From: Candidatus Binatus sp.
Lineage (GTDB): Bacteria; Desulfobacterota; Binatia; Binatales; Binataceae
Assembly (NCBI RefSeq): GCF_036567905.1
Contig: NZ_DATCTO010000012.1
Location: forward strand, 55,347 to 119,346
DNA length: 64,000 bases
Direction of reading: 5' to 3'
In this document: positions 10,586 to 22,446 of the stretch, one piece after another
Numbering within the stretch: position 1 is the stretch's first letter
Layout: each line of letters begins with the position of its first letter
Position numbers and translations under genes: made by a program
The notes under the pieces: model-generated
Told to the model about the DNA's origin: nothing
The model's database searches: none
The model's input: the letters and a program-made list of their open reading frames with translations, nothing else

Positions 10586-11482
10586 ATGGCTCGCCGCGAG
10601 AAATCGGGGATCATCGCCTGGCTGCTGGACCGGATGAGCGACTGGGCCATCGGTCTGCTCACCAAGCCCATCAAGAGTTACGCCCTCCACATCCCCAACG
10701 ACATTGCCGCGCTCAAGCGTCACATTCGCAAGGGCGACGTCATATTGGTGGAAGGCAACGAGCGAGTCAGCGAATGCATCAAGTACCTGACCCAAAGCTC
10801 GTGGTCGCACTCGGCGTTGTACGTCGGTGACGAGCCGATTCGGCGCAATCCCGAGATGAGGGCGCCGCTGGTGGCGCAATTCGGCGAGGAAGCGAACTTC
10901 CTGATGGTCGAGGCGATCGTGGAGGCGGGCGTGGTGCTTACGCCGCTGGCCAAGTATCGCGACTTCAACATCCGCGTGTGCCGGCCGTTCAACCTGTCGG
11001 CGGCGGATCTGGCCGAGGTGATGGACGAGGCGATTCGCAGCGTGGGCGATACCTACGATCTGCGCAACGTGATCGATCTGGCGCGCTACTTCCTGCCGGT
11101 GAGCCTGGTGCCGCCGCGCTTTCGCCGCCAGGCGCTGCAGTTTGGAAGCGGCGAGCCGACGCGAGTCATCTGTTCGAGCGTGATCGCGTCGTCGTTTAAT
11201 CGGGTGAAGTTCCCGATCGTGCCCAACTACCAGCAGTTGCCGCCGCCGGCCGCGGCGTCGCCCAAGCGCAAGCTATGGCCGATAGGCTCGAAGACGACCG
11301 GCGCGCTGCAATACGGCACGCTCAGGATGGTCTCGCCGACGCTGATCACGCCGCGCGATTTCGATCTGTCGCCCTATTTCGAGATCATCAAATTCAATAT
11401 CATCGAGAATATGCGTTTCGACTATCACAAGATTTTGTGGGCCGACGCCGCACCGCCCGCGCCGGTGAAGAAGGGCGCCTGA
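10586..11482 (+). CDS. Permuted papain-like (YiiX/YaeF, NlpC/P60 superfamily) cysteine hydrolase
   Basis: GDVILVEG ... TQSSWSHSALYVG (His) precedes VICSSVIA (Cys), the permuted order. Confidence 0.75.
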   Translation: MARREKSGIIAWLLDRMSDWAIGLLTKPIKSYALHIPNDIAALKRHIRKGDVILVEGNERVSECIKYLTQSSWSHSALYVGDEPIRRNPEMRAPLVAQFGEEANFLMVEAIVEAGVVLTPLAKYRDFNIRVCRPFNLSAADLAEVMDEAIRSVGDTYDLRNVIDLARYFLPVSLVPPRFRRQALQFGSGEPTRVICSSVIASSFNRVKFPIVPNYQQLPPPAAASPKRKLWPIGSKTTGALQYGTLRMVSPTLITPRDFDLSPYFEIIKFNIIENMRFDYHKILWADAAPPAPVKKGA

Positions 11483-11525
11483 GACGGCGGATACTTCGGG
11501 GCCATCGCAAGCAGGAGAGGATTCA

Positions 11526-11807
11526 TTGAACGACGAACAAGGGCACGCAGGCGGCCGGCGCGAACTGCTCGAGAAGACAATCGCGAAGATTCTGCATCGC
11601 CATTGCAATTTCGGATGGGCGAACTACTACGTCCCGAGCGAGAAGTTTCCCAGCCTCATCGAGGAGCTGGTCGAGGTGATGAGCCCGGGCGGGCAGGCCG
11701 GTCACGACGAGCTGGTGCAATTTTTTCTTGGGCTTCAACGCATGTCGTCGATTCAGGAGCGGGTGGCGAAACTCGAGCAGGGATTTTCGGTTTATAAGCG
11801 CGGCTGA
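11526..11807 (+). CDS. Hypothetical 93-aa protein
   Basis: Fills the gap between two same-strand genes; GGAG upstream of a TTG start; no recognised motif. Confidence 0.55.
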   Translation: MNDEQGHAGGRRELLEKTIAKILHRHCNFGWANYYVPSEKFPSLIEELVEVMSPGGQAGHDELVQFFLGLQRMSSIQERVAKLEQGFSVYKRG

Positions 11808-11928
11808 GCCGCGTCCTCACAGCGATTGGTGCAGTTCGGCTTTTAGCGCCGTCAGTTCGGCGGCGCCGGCGGCGGCCGCTTCGACTGGCAGCCGCCCCGA
11901 TTCGAAATTTCAGATGGAGGCGCCATCC

Positions 11929-12441
11929 ATGGACGCTCTTGAAGCGATTCTCTCCCGCCGGGTGCAGCGCGCGTTCTCGGACGAGCCGGTGGCGCGCGAA
12001 AAACTCTCGAAGATCGTCGAGGCCGGACGCCACGCGATGAGCGCGCGCAACCTGCAGCCGTGGCAGTTTGTCGTGATTCAAAATCGCGACACGTTGAAGG
12101 AGATTGGCGCGCTATGCTCGACCGGCCGCTTCGTTGCCGAGTCGCCGTCGGCGATCGTGGTGCTCAAGGACGTCGCCAACGCGCGGTGGGCCGACGTGGA
12201 TTGCGCGCAAGCGGTGCAGAACATGGCTAACGCGGGATGGGCGCTGGGCCTGGGCACCTGTTGGGTCGGCAACTTCGACGGGGCCAGGATTGGCGCGTTA
12301 CTCGGGGTCAAGGACGGATGGGCAATTTTCACGGTTCTGCCGTTCGGCTACGCCGACCCGAAGAATCCGCCGCAGGCGAAGCAACTCAAACCGCGCGGTG
12401 AGATAGTGCATTATGAACGCGTAGGAAATGCCAAGCCGTGA
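11929..12441 (+). CDS. Nitroreductase family protein
   Basis: MDALEAILSRRVQRAF, SARNLQPWQFVV, LGLGTCWVG. Confidence 0.88.
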   Translation: MDALEAILSRRVQRAFSDEPVAREKLSKIVEAGRHAMSARNLQPWQFVVIQNRDTLKEIGALCSTGRFVAESPSAIVVLKDVANARWADVDCAQAVQNMANAGWALGLGTCWVGNFDGARIGALLGVKDGWAIFTVLPFGYADPKNPPQAKQLKPRGEIVHYERVGNAKP

Positions 12442-12479
12442 CGATCTGGTAAAGTCTTAACGCTGAAAAGAGGTTTGCG

Positions 12480-12920
12480 ATGGCGATAAAACACCAAATT
12501 CCACCCGAAGCGCACGCAACGCTGCAGGATAATCCCGACGCGCTCTATCTCGACGTTCGCACCGAAGTAGAATTCGCCGCCGGACACGCGCCACGCGCGA
12601 TCAATATCCCGGTCATGGTGGCCAAGGGTCCGGGCCAGATGCAGTTGAATCTCGACTTTGTCGAGATCGTCGTGAAGGTAATTCCCCTCGACAAGAAACT
12701 CATCGTCGGATGCATGGTGGGCGGACGTTCGCAGCGCGCGTGCGAGATGCTCGAAGAGGCGGGTTTCATCGATCTGATCAACGTGGTCGGCGGCTTTGGC
12801 GGCCAGCGCGACGCGTCGGGGCAGGTGGTCGTCGTGGGATGGAAGGACGCGGGACTGCCGGTGACGACCGAGCTGGGCGACGCCACCTACGCGGCGCTGC
12901 GGAGCAAGGCGGGCGTCTAA
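12480..12920 (+). CDS. Rhodanese-like domain protein
   Basis: LDVRTEVEFAAGHAPRAINIP, active-site loop GCMVGGRS. Confidence 0.88.
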   Translation: MAIKHQIPPEAHATLQDNPDALYLDVRTEVEFAAGHAPRAINIPVMVAKGPGQMQLNLDFVEIVVKVIPLDKKLIVGCMVGGRSQRACEMLEEAGFIDLINVVGGFGGQRDASGQVVVVGWKDAGLPVTTELGDATYAALRSKAGV

Positions 12921-13579
12921 TGGCGATACGCCTGAGCCGGATTTACACGCGCACGGGCGACAAGGGGAATACCGCGCTGGTCGGCGGCAGGCGCGTGCCA
13001 AAGGACAGCGCGCGGCTGGAGGCCTACGGAACAACCGATGAGCTGAATTCGATCATCGGAATCGTTCGCACCTACCTTACCCAATATCGCGACGGGTTCG
13101 GCGCCGATTTCGAGCCGTATGCGGAGACCCTGCGGCGGATACAAAACGAATTGTTCGACCTGGGCAGCGAACTCGCCACGCCGCCCGACGGCGAATATCC
13201 GCAGATGCACAAGATGGGCGCCGGCGAGATCAAGCGGCTCGAAGAAGAGATGGACGCGATGGAGAAGGAGCTCGAGCCGCTGAAATCCTTCACCCTGCCC
13301 GGCGGCGGCGTGCTCAACGCGTTTCTGCATCAGGCGCGCACGGTGTGCAGGCGTGCGGAGCGCGAATGCTGGCGGCTGAAGCGCGAAGAGGACATCAACG
13401 ACAATCTCATCATCTATGTGAACCGGCTGAGCGATCATCTGTTCGTGCAGTCGCGATGGGTTGCGCAGCGGCTAGGGGAGCCCGAATTTCTGTGGGACCG
13501 GGCGCTGCGGATCGAAGCGGATAAGAAGACCGCGCGCGCGGCGAAGAGCAAGCCGGGCCGCGGCGGCGTGAAATCCTGA
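12920..13579 (+). CDS. PduO-type ATP:cob(I)alamin adenosyltransferase
   Basis: RIYTRTGDKGNT, EAYGTTDELNS, RTVCRRAER, YVNRLSDHLF; TAATG overlap with the rhodanese stop. Confidence 0.92.
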   Translation: MAIRLSRIYTRTGDKGNTALVGGRRVPKDSARLEAYGTTDELNSIIGIVRTYLTQYRDGFGADFEPYAETLRRIQNELFDLGSELATPPDGEYPQMHKMGAGEIKRLEEEMDAMEKELEPLKSFTLPGGGVLNAFLHQARTVCRRAERECWRLKREEDINDNLIIYVNRLSDHLFVQSRWVAQRLGEPEFLWDRALRIEADKKTARAAKSKPGRGGVKS

Positions 13580-13596
13580 GCAGGGGAAATTTGACG

Positions 13597-16361
<2,765 letters not shown>

Positions 16362-16382
16362 CCACTGGGAGACCCGGCTTTC

Positions 16383-16676
16383 ATGACGACGCAAAAGCAA
16401 TCGGGCCGCGCGAGGCTGCATCTGATAATCAGCGGGCGGGTGCAGGGAGTCGGCTTTCGATTCTCGGCTTGCGACGAGGCGAAAGATCTCGCACTCGCCG
16501 GATGGGTGCGCAATATCCCGGCCGGCGAGGTCGAAATCGTCGCGGAAGGCAGCAGGGAGAATTTGCAGATGCTGGCGGCGTGGGCACATCTGGGCACGCC
16601 GTCGGCGCACGTAACTGAGGTACGCGAAGACTGGCTGGATTTTACCGGTGAGTTCACCGAGTTTCGAATTCGCTGA
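16383..16676 (+). CDS. acyP: Acylphosphatase
   Basis: GRVQGVGFR, GWVRN, VEIVAEG. Confidence 0.92.
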   Translation: MTTQKQSGRARLHLIISGRVQGVGFRFSACDEAKDLALAGWVRNIPAGEVEIVAEGSRENLQMLAAWAHLGTPSAHVTEVREDWLDFTGEFTEFRIR

Positions 16677-16817
16677 TCGGGCGGGTAAAAAAAATGGGTC
16701 TTTTATGGCTCGGTTAGATTAGCTATGCTTTAAATCCGCGTATTGGAATATTTGCCGGGCTTCGAGAGATCGGAGTAGTTTTCAATCAGGCTCTAACCAC
16801 AAGGAGATTGGACTGAG

Positions 16818-18713
16818 ATGGCTGTACCACCTGAGGCGGCTGGACAAGCTGCCGAGTCGCATGAATCCGCCGCGCCCGCGCCCAAACCGCATCTGAAGCG
16901 CGATCATGTCGTCATCCGGTTTGCGGGCGACTCGGGCGATGGAATGCAGTTGACGGGGATGCAATTCACGTCCGAATCGGCGCTGGCTGGCAACGATATC
17001 GCCACACTGCCCGACTATCCCGCTGAAATCCGCGCGCCGCAGGGAACGCTGGCCGGGGTCAGCGGCTTTCAGCTGAATTTTTCAAGCAGCGAGGTCTTTA
17101 CCCCCGGCGATGAGCCCAACGTGCTGGTCGCGATGAATCCCGCGGCGCTGCGGACCAACATCGAGGATCTTCAGCCCAACGCCGTAATAATCGTGGACCG
17201 CGAGGCGTTCAACGATTCCAACATCAAGCGCGCCGGATACACGACCAATCCGCTGACGGATCATTCGCTCGACAAATTCCAGCTGATCGAAGTCGATGTG
17301 AGCAAGCTCACGTCGCTGGCGGTGCACGGGCTGGGGCTCAACAATCGCGCGGCGTTCCGATGCCGCAACATGTTCGTGCTCGGGATGCTGTCGTGGCTGT
17401 TTCAGCGGCCGATCGACAACACGATCACCTCCCTCAAGAACCGCTTCAAGAAGACGCCCGAGCTGATCGAGGCCAATATTCGCGTGCTCACGGCCGGGTA
17501 CAATTACGGCGAGACGACCGAGATGTTCGCCAGTTCGTACGAGGTGCCTGCGGCGCAAATCGCCCCCGGCCTCTATCGCAATATCACCGGCAATAGCGCG
17601 ACCGCGCTGGGTTTCGTGGCGGCCGCGGTAAAGGCGGGCCGTCCGCTGTTTCTGGGCTCGTATCCGATTACGCCCGCCAGCGACATTCTGCACGACCTCT
17701 CAGGCTACAAAAATTTTCCCGTATATACTTTCCAGGCCGAGGACGAGATTGCCGGCGTCTGCTCGGCCATTGGCGCGTCATTCGGTGGAGCGATCGCAAT
17801 CACCACGACTTCGGGGCCCGGCCTGGACTTGAAGTCCGAGGCGATCGGGCTGGCGATGAAGGTTGAGCTGCCGCTGGTGATTACCGACGTGCAGCGCGCG
17901 GGACCGTCCACCGGGATGCCGACCAAGCCCGAGCAGGCCGATTTGATGCTGGCGATGTACGGACGGCATGGCGAGGCGCCAGTTCCGATCATCGCGGCCT
18001 CGACCCCGGCCGACTGCTTCGATTGCGCCTACGAGGCGGTGCGAATCGCGGTCAAGTACATGACGCCGGTGATCCTGCTCACCGACGGCCAGTTGGCCAA
18101 CGGTGCGGAGCCGTGGCTGCTGCCCGACCCGGACAAGCTTGCGCCGATCAAAGTTGAATTCGCCACCAACCCAGAGGGTTTCCTGCCCTACGCTCGCGAC
18201 GCCGAAACGCTGTCGCGTCCGTGGGCGGTGCCGGGGACCAAGGGCCTCGAGCATCGCATCGGAGGACTGTCGGGCGAAAACCTGACCGGCAACGTGAGCC
18301 ATTCGCCGGCCAACAACGAGCTGATGGTGCGGACGCGGGCGCGCAAGATTGCGGGTATCACGCGCGAGATTCCGCCGATCGAAGTGTTCGGCGATGCCGG
18401 CGGCGGCGACCTGGTCGTGCTCGGATGGGGCTCGAGCTTCGGTCCGATTCGCGAAGCCGTCAAGCGGGTGCGCGCCAAGGGCAAGAAAGTCTCGCACGTG
18501 CATCTGCGCTATCTCAATCCTCTGCCCGGCGACTTGAGCGAAGCGCTCAAGCGTTTCAAGCAGGTGATGGTCGCGGAAATGAACATGGGACAACTGCTCA
18601 AGCTGGTGCGCGCCGAATACCTGATCGACGCCTTCGGATTCAACAAGATCCAGGGCCGTCCGTTCAAAGTCAGCGAGATCGAAAACCGCATCAACCGGGT
18701 CCTGGAGGGCTGA
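16818..18713 (+). CDS. korA: 2-oxoacid:acceptor (ferredoxin) oxidoreductase alpha subunit
   Basis: RFAGDSGDGMQL, YPAEIRAP, YPITPASD, QAEDEIAG, QRAGPSTGMPT. Confidence 0.93.
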   Translation: MAVPPEAAGQAAESHESAAPAPKPHLKRDHVVIRFAGDSGDGMQLTGMQFTSESALAGNDIATLPDYPAEIRAPQGTLAGVSGFQLNFSSSEVFTPGDEPNVLVAMNPAALRTNIEDLQPNAVIIVDREAFNDSNIKRAGYTTNPLTDHSLDKFQLIEVDVSKLTSLAVHGLGLNNRAAFRCRNMFVLGMLSWLFQRPIDNTITSLKNRFKKTPELIEANIRVLTAGYNYGETTEMFASSYEVPAAQIAPGLYRNITGNSATALGFVAAAVKAGRPLFLGSYPITPASDILHDLSGYKNFPVYTFQAEDEIAGVCSAIGASFGGAIAITTTSGPGLDLKSEAIGLAMKVELPLVITDVQRAGPSTGMPTKPEQADLMLAMYGRHGEAPVPIIAASTPADCFDCAYEAVRIAVKYMTPVILLTDGQLANGAEPWLLPDPDKLAPIKVEFATNPEGFLPYARDAETLSRPWAVPGTKGLEHRIGGLSGENLTGNVSHSPANNELMVRTRARKIAGITREIPPIEVFGDAGGGDLVVLGWGSSFGPIREAVKRVRAKGKKVSHVHLRYLNPLPGDLSEALKRFKQVMVAEMNMGQLLKLVRAEYLIDAFGFNKIQGRPFKVSEIENRINRVLEG

Positions 18714-18719
18714 TCGAAA

Positions 18720-19718
18720 ATGGCAACCGTTCTTAACCGCAAGGATTTCGTCTCCGACCAGGAAGTACGCTGGTGCCCCGGATGCGGCGACTACGCGATT
18801 CTGGCCGCAGTGCAAAAAACCATGCCCGAGTTCGGCATCGCTCCCGAGAACACGGTCTTCATCTCGGGAATCGGATGCTCGAGCCGGTTTCCCTACTACA
18901 TGAACACCTACGGCTTCCACACCATTCACGGCCGCGCGCCGGCGATCGCCACCGGGCTTAAGATTTCACGGCCCGATCTCGACGTGTGGGTGGTGACCGG
19001 CGACGGCGACGGGCTCTCGATCGGCGGCAATCATCTGATCCACGTGCTCAGGCGCAACGTCGATATCAATATTCTGCTCTTCAACAATCGAATCTACGGG
19101 CTCACCAAGGGTCAATATTCGCCGACCTCGGAAGTGGGCAAAATCACCAAGTCCACGCCGGCTGGTTCGGTTGATTTTCCCTTCAATCCGATCACGGTGG
19201 CGCTCGGCACGCACGGGACCTTCGTTGCGCGCTCGATCGACATCGAGCAGAAGCTCCTCGGCGAGGTGCTCAAGCGCGCGCACGCGCATCGCGGCACGTC
19301 GTTCATCGAGATTCTGCAGAACTGCAGCATCTTCAACGACGGCGCTTTCAACGATGTCACCGACAAGGCGCTCAAGCCGGACCATCAGCTGGTTCTCGAG
19401 CACGGGAAACCGCTCATCTTCGGCAAGGATCGCGACAAGGGAATCAGGATGAACGGAATGCGGCCCGAGGTAGTACAGCTCAGCGCAACCGTCACGGAGA
19501 AGGACCTCGTCGTGCACGACGAGACCAATCTCTCGCTGGCGTTCATGCTGGGACACTTCGAGTCTCCGCTGCCGACCCCGGTGGGAGTGTTCTACGCGGT
19601 GTCGCAGCCGACTTACGACGGAGCTGTCAACCAGCAGCTCGCCGACGCCAAGGCCAAGCAGGGCGCGGGCGACTTGAGGGCGCTGCTGGGCAAGGGCGAT
19701 ACCTGGACGGTGAACTGA
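18720..19718 (+). CDS. korB: 2-oxoacid:acceptor oxidoreductase beta subunit
   Basis: WCPGCGDY, SGIGCSSRFP, TPP-binding GDGDG motif, YGLTKGQYSPT. Confidence 0.93.
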   Translation: MATVLNRKDFVSDQEVRWCPGCGDYAILAAVQKTMPEFGIAPENTVFISGIGCSSRFPYYMNTYGFHTIHGRAPAIATGLKISRPDLDVWVVTGDGDGLSIGGNHLIHVLRRNVDINILLFNNRIYGLTKGQYSPTSEVGKITKSTPAGSVDFPFNPITVALGTHGTFVARSIDIEQKLLGEVLKRAHAHRGTSFIEILQNCSIFNDGAFNDVTDKALKPDHQLVLEHGKPLIFGKDRDKGIRMNGMRPEVVQLSATVTEKDLVVHDETNLSLAFMLGHFESPLPTPVGVFYAVSQPTYDGAVNQQLADAKAKQGAGDLRALLGKGDTWTVN

Positions 19719-19744
19719 TCCGCGAACATTTGGATCGAATGTAC

Positions 19745-19780
19745 AAAGGCCCGCGAGCGCATCTCGCGGGCCTTTTGTTT
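19745..19780. terminator. Rho-independent (likely bidirectional) terminator
   Basis: AAAGGCCCGCGAG-cgcat-CTCGCGGGCCTTT perfect stem followed by a T-rich tail, between convergent korB and the SDR gene. Confidence 0.85.
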
Positions 19781-19817
19781 GAGTATCGAGTCCGCCCGGC
19801 CGGTAATCGGAGAATCT

Positions 19818-20555
19818 TCAGAAGCTGAGGCGTTTGAAGCGGCTTTCGGGGATCAGCCGGACCGCCGCCATGATGAAGCGCCAGAACCACGGCGTGTACA
19901 CCACTTCGGCGCGCCTGCGATAGGCCGCGTAGATCAGATCGGCGGCTTTGGCGGGTGAAATCGTGAGGATAGCGCCCTCGCGTCCCCAGGTCATCCGGGT
20001 ATCCACCGTGCCGAGCTTCACCGTCATCACATGCACTCCGCTGGCGGCCAGCCGCCCGCGCAGGCCTTGCGCAAAGATCGCGAGCGCGCCCTTGGCCGAG
20101 CCGTACACATAATTGCGTGCGCGGCCGCGCTCGCCGGCGACCGATCCGATCACGATGATGAAGCCGGAGCGTTGCTGTTCGAGATGACGGGCGGCCAGCG
20201 TAATCAAGGACACGGCGCCGGTGAAGTTCTGATGAATCGTGGCGAGCGCGGCGCCGGGATCGGTCTGGGCCGCGTCTTCGTCGCCGAGCGTGCCGAAGCA
20301 TGCGACGACCCCGTCGAGTCCGCCGAGCGCGCCCGCGGCGCGGCGGATGAACTCGTCGTGCGAGGCGAAATCCGACGCGTCGAAGGTTCCGGAAAGAGCG
20401 GTCACGCCTGCGCGAACGCTGACATCTTCCGCAACGCGGCGAGCCTCATCGGGGTCGCGGGCGGCCAGGTACAACCGCGCTCCGTCGGATGCGAAGCGGA
20501 GCGCGAGTGCGCGCGCGATCGGGCTGGTGGCGCCAAGAATGAGAACTTTGGTCAT
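19818..20555 (-). CDS. SDR oxidoreductase, DprE2-like (decaprenylphospho-2-keto-pentose reductase family)
   Basis: ILGATSPIA, GSVAGERGRARNYVYGSAKGAL, adjacent to a DprE1-like gene; start is the ATG at 20555. Confidence 0.8.
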   Translation of the reverse strand: MTKVLILGATSPIARALALRFASDGARLYLAARDPDEARRVAEDVSVRAGVTALSGTFDASDFASHDEFIRRAAGALGGLDGVVACFGTLGDEDAAQTDPGAALATIHQNFTGAVSLITLAARHLEQQRSGFIIVIGSVAGERGRARNYVYGSAKGALAIFAQGLRGRLAASGVHVMTVKLGTVDTRMTWGREGAILTISPAKAADLIYAAYRRRAEVVYTPWFWRFIMAAVRLIPESRFKRLSF

Positions 20556-20580
20556 CGTGCGATAGCGCTTGCGCCGTCTT

Positions 20581-21942
20581 TCAGGCGGGACACATCCCAA
20601 GCCTGCGCGACAGGCTCGACGAGAAGCGGTTGTCGGGATCGGCGACGGCCTTCGCCGCCTGCCACTGGGCGAGATTCGGATACATCGCGCGAAACGTCTC
20701 CGCACGGAGGCGCGCATCCTTGGCCAGGTACACGCGGCCGCCGCGCTTGAGCACCATCGCGTCGATCGAGTCGAGAAATTCCAGCAGTCCGTCGGTCATC
20801 GGGAAGTCCAGTGCGAGCGTATAACCGGGCATCGGGAAGGAAAGCAGGCCGTCCTGCGCACCGAACTTTTTGAGCACGGCGAGAAACGATCCGCGTTGGC
20901 TGCGGCTCGTCGCCTCGAGCACTTCGACCAGGCCCGCGCGGCTCTCGCCCGGCGGCCACACGCATTGATACTGGATGAAGCCGCGTTTGCCATAGATTCG
21001 ATTCCAGTTCCGGATCGAATCGAGCGGGTAGAAAAAGCTGTCATAGTCGAAGATAGTGTGCGCCGCGGTCTGGCGATGAAGGGCGTAATAGACCGCGTTG
21101 AACGCCTTGACGGTCAGTGAATTAAGCGCAAATCCAGGCAGGTCGATTGGAACGATTGGGCTCGGCCGCGCCGTCGCGTGGAGCGGATTCTGCGCCAGGT
21201 TCCGGGGCAGCCGATCCAGCGTCGCAAAGTTGCCGAGGTTGAGCACCGAGCGGCCCAGCGCGCCCAGCCGGCTGGCGCAATCGATCCACGCGACCGAATA
21301 GCCGTACTCGGAATCAGTGCGCTCGAAGGCCTCGATCGCGGCGTCGATATTGCCCGCGCGGATCAACTCGCCATCGAGATAAGCGCTCTCGACCCGCCGC
21401 ATCCTCAGTTCAAGCTCGAGGATCACGCCGGTCAGACCCATCCCGCCGACCGTCGCCCGGAACAGTTCGGCGTTTTCCTCGCGCGAGCATCGAAGCACCT
21501 TGCCTGACGCGATCATCAGGTCGAAGCTGGTCACGTGCGCGGCCAATGAGGAATCGCGATGGTGATTCTTGCCGTGCACGTCGGCGGCGATCGATCCGCC
21601 AAGCGTGACGAAGCGGGTGCCCGGCGTGACCGGCGGAAAGAAACCGCGCGGCAAAAAGACGTCGATCAACTCCGCGATCGTGACGCCGGCCTCGCAGCGC
21701 AGGATTCCGGTGGCGGGGTCGAAGGCGAGCATCCGATTCAGCCGCGTCAGATCGACGACGCGATTCTGATCGTTCAGCGCCGCATCGCCGTAGGCGCGGC
21801 CGGCGCCGCGTGCGATTAGCGAAGTCGCGTCGGCGGTTACGACCGCTTGCAGCTCGGCGATTTTCTCGGGCCGGTAGATGTCGCTCTCTGAGAGCGGATA
21901 GCGGCCCCATCCGGTGAGTAGCGCATGGCGCGGTTTCGGCAT
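20581..21942 (-). CDS. FAD-binding oxidoreductase, DprE1-like
   Basis: LTGWGR, RGAGRAYGDAA, PVTPGTRFVTLGGSIAADVHGKNHH, GGRVYLAKD; start 21942 or 21975. Confidence 0.85.
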   Translation of the reverse strand: MPKPRHALLTGWGRYPLSESDIYRPEKIAELQAVVTADATSLIARGAGRAYGDAALNDQNRVVDLTRLNRMLAFDPATGILRCEAGVTIAELIDVFLPRGFFPPVTPGTRFVTLGGSIAADVHGKNHHRDSSLAAHVTSFDLMIASGKVLRCSREENAELFRATVGGMGLTGVILELELRMRRVESAYLDGELIRAGNIDAAIEAFERTDSEYGYSVAWIDCASRLGALGRSVLNLGNFATLDRLPRNLAQNPLHATARPSPIVPIDLPGFALNSLTVKAFNAVYYALHRQTAAHTIFDYDSFFYPLDSIRNWNRIYGKRGFIQYQCVWPPGESRAGLVEVLEATSRSQRGSFLAVLKKFGAQDGLLSFPMPGYTLALDFPMTDGLLEFLDSIDAMVLKRGGRVYLAKDARLRAETFRAMYPNLAQWQAAKAVADPDNRFSSSLSRRLGMCPA

Positions 21943-22336
21943 CGCGCTCGATTCGCGTCGCTCAGTGGTCGTCATCGAGTCTGTGCGCACGGCCGTCATC
22001 GTGAGAAGAGAAGCTAACAGGAAGAAGGCGAACGAGAAACGCCCGCGCGCGCTTGGGCACTGGTTCAGTTGGCCAATCTGACAAGCGATCGAATGGCGCC
22101 GGAAGGAGCAATTCATACCATTCGTGGTGGTTTTGGGACGGCTGCGCTCTAGCGCTAGCTTTGTTCCGTCAGAAATTATTTCTGCCGCGAGCAGGAGTCG
22201 TCCGACTTTGGGCGAGCCGGGCGAGTACGGGACATCCTGGCGGTTGACCATAGCGCAGACGTAGCACGCCAAGTCCGCCGGGGTCAGGCTGAATTAGTTC
22301 ATCCGCAAACGAAGGAAGAATCACCTGCGCGGTGGG

Positions 22337-22410
22337 CGGCAGGGGCTGCGGCCCCTGCACCCGCAGTGAGAAGACGCGAAAATCTGCGCAACGCATCTTT
22401 TCACGACTAC
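22337..22410. repeat. 74-bp dispersed repeat containing a GCAGGGG/CCCCTGC hairpin
   Basis: Reverse complement of 63819-63892 with about 3 mismatches. Confidence 0.9.
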
Positions 22411-22446
22411 ACCAACGGCCAGGGGTCAGCCCTGCAGGAGAATCGC

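Noticed and set aside
21976-22272. Long upstream extension of the DprE1-like ORF, and short ORFs at 22053-22396
   Set aside because: No recognisable motifs; they run through intergenic and repeat DNA.
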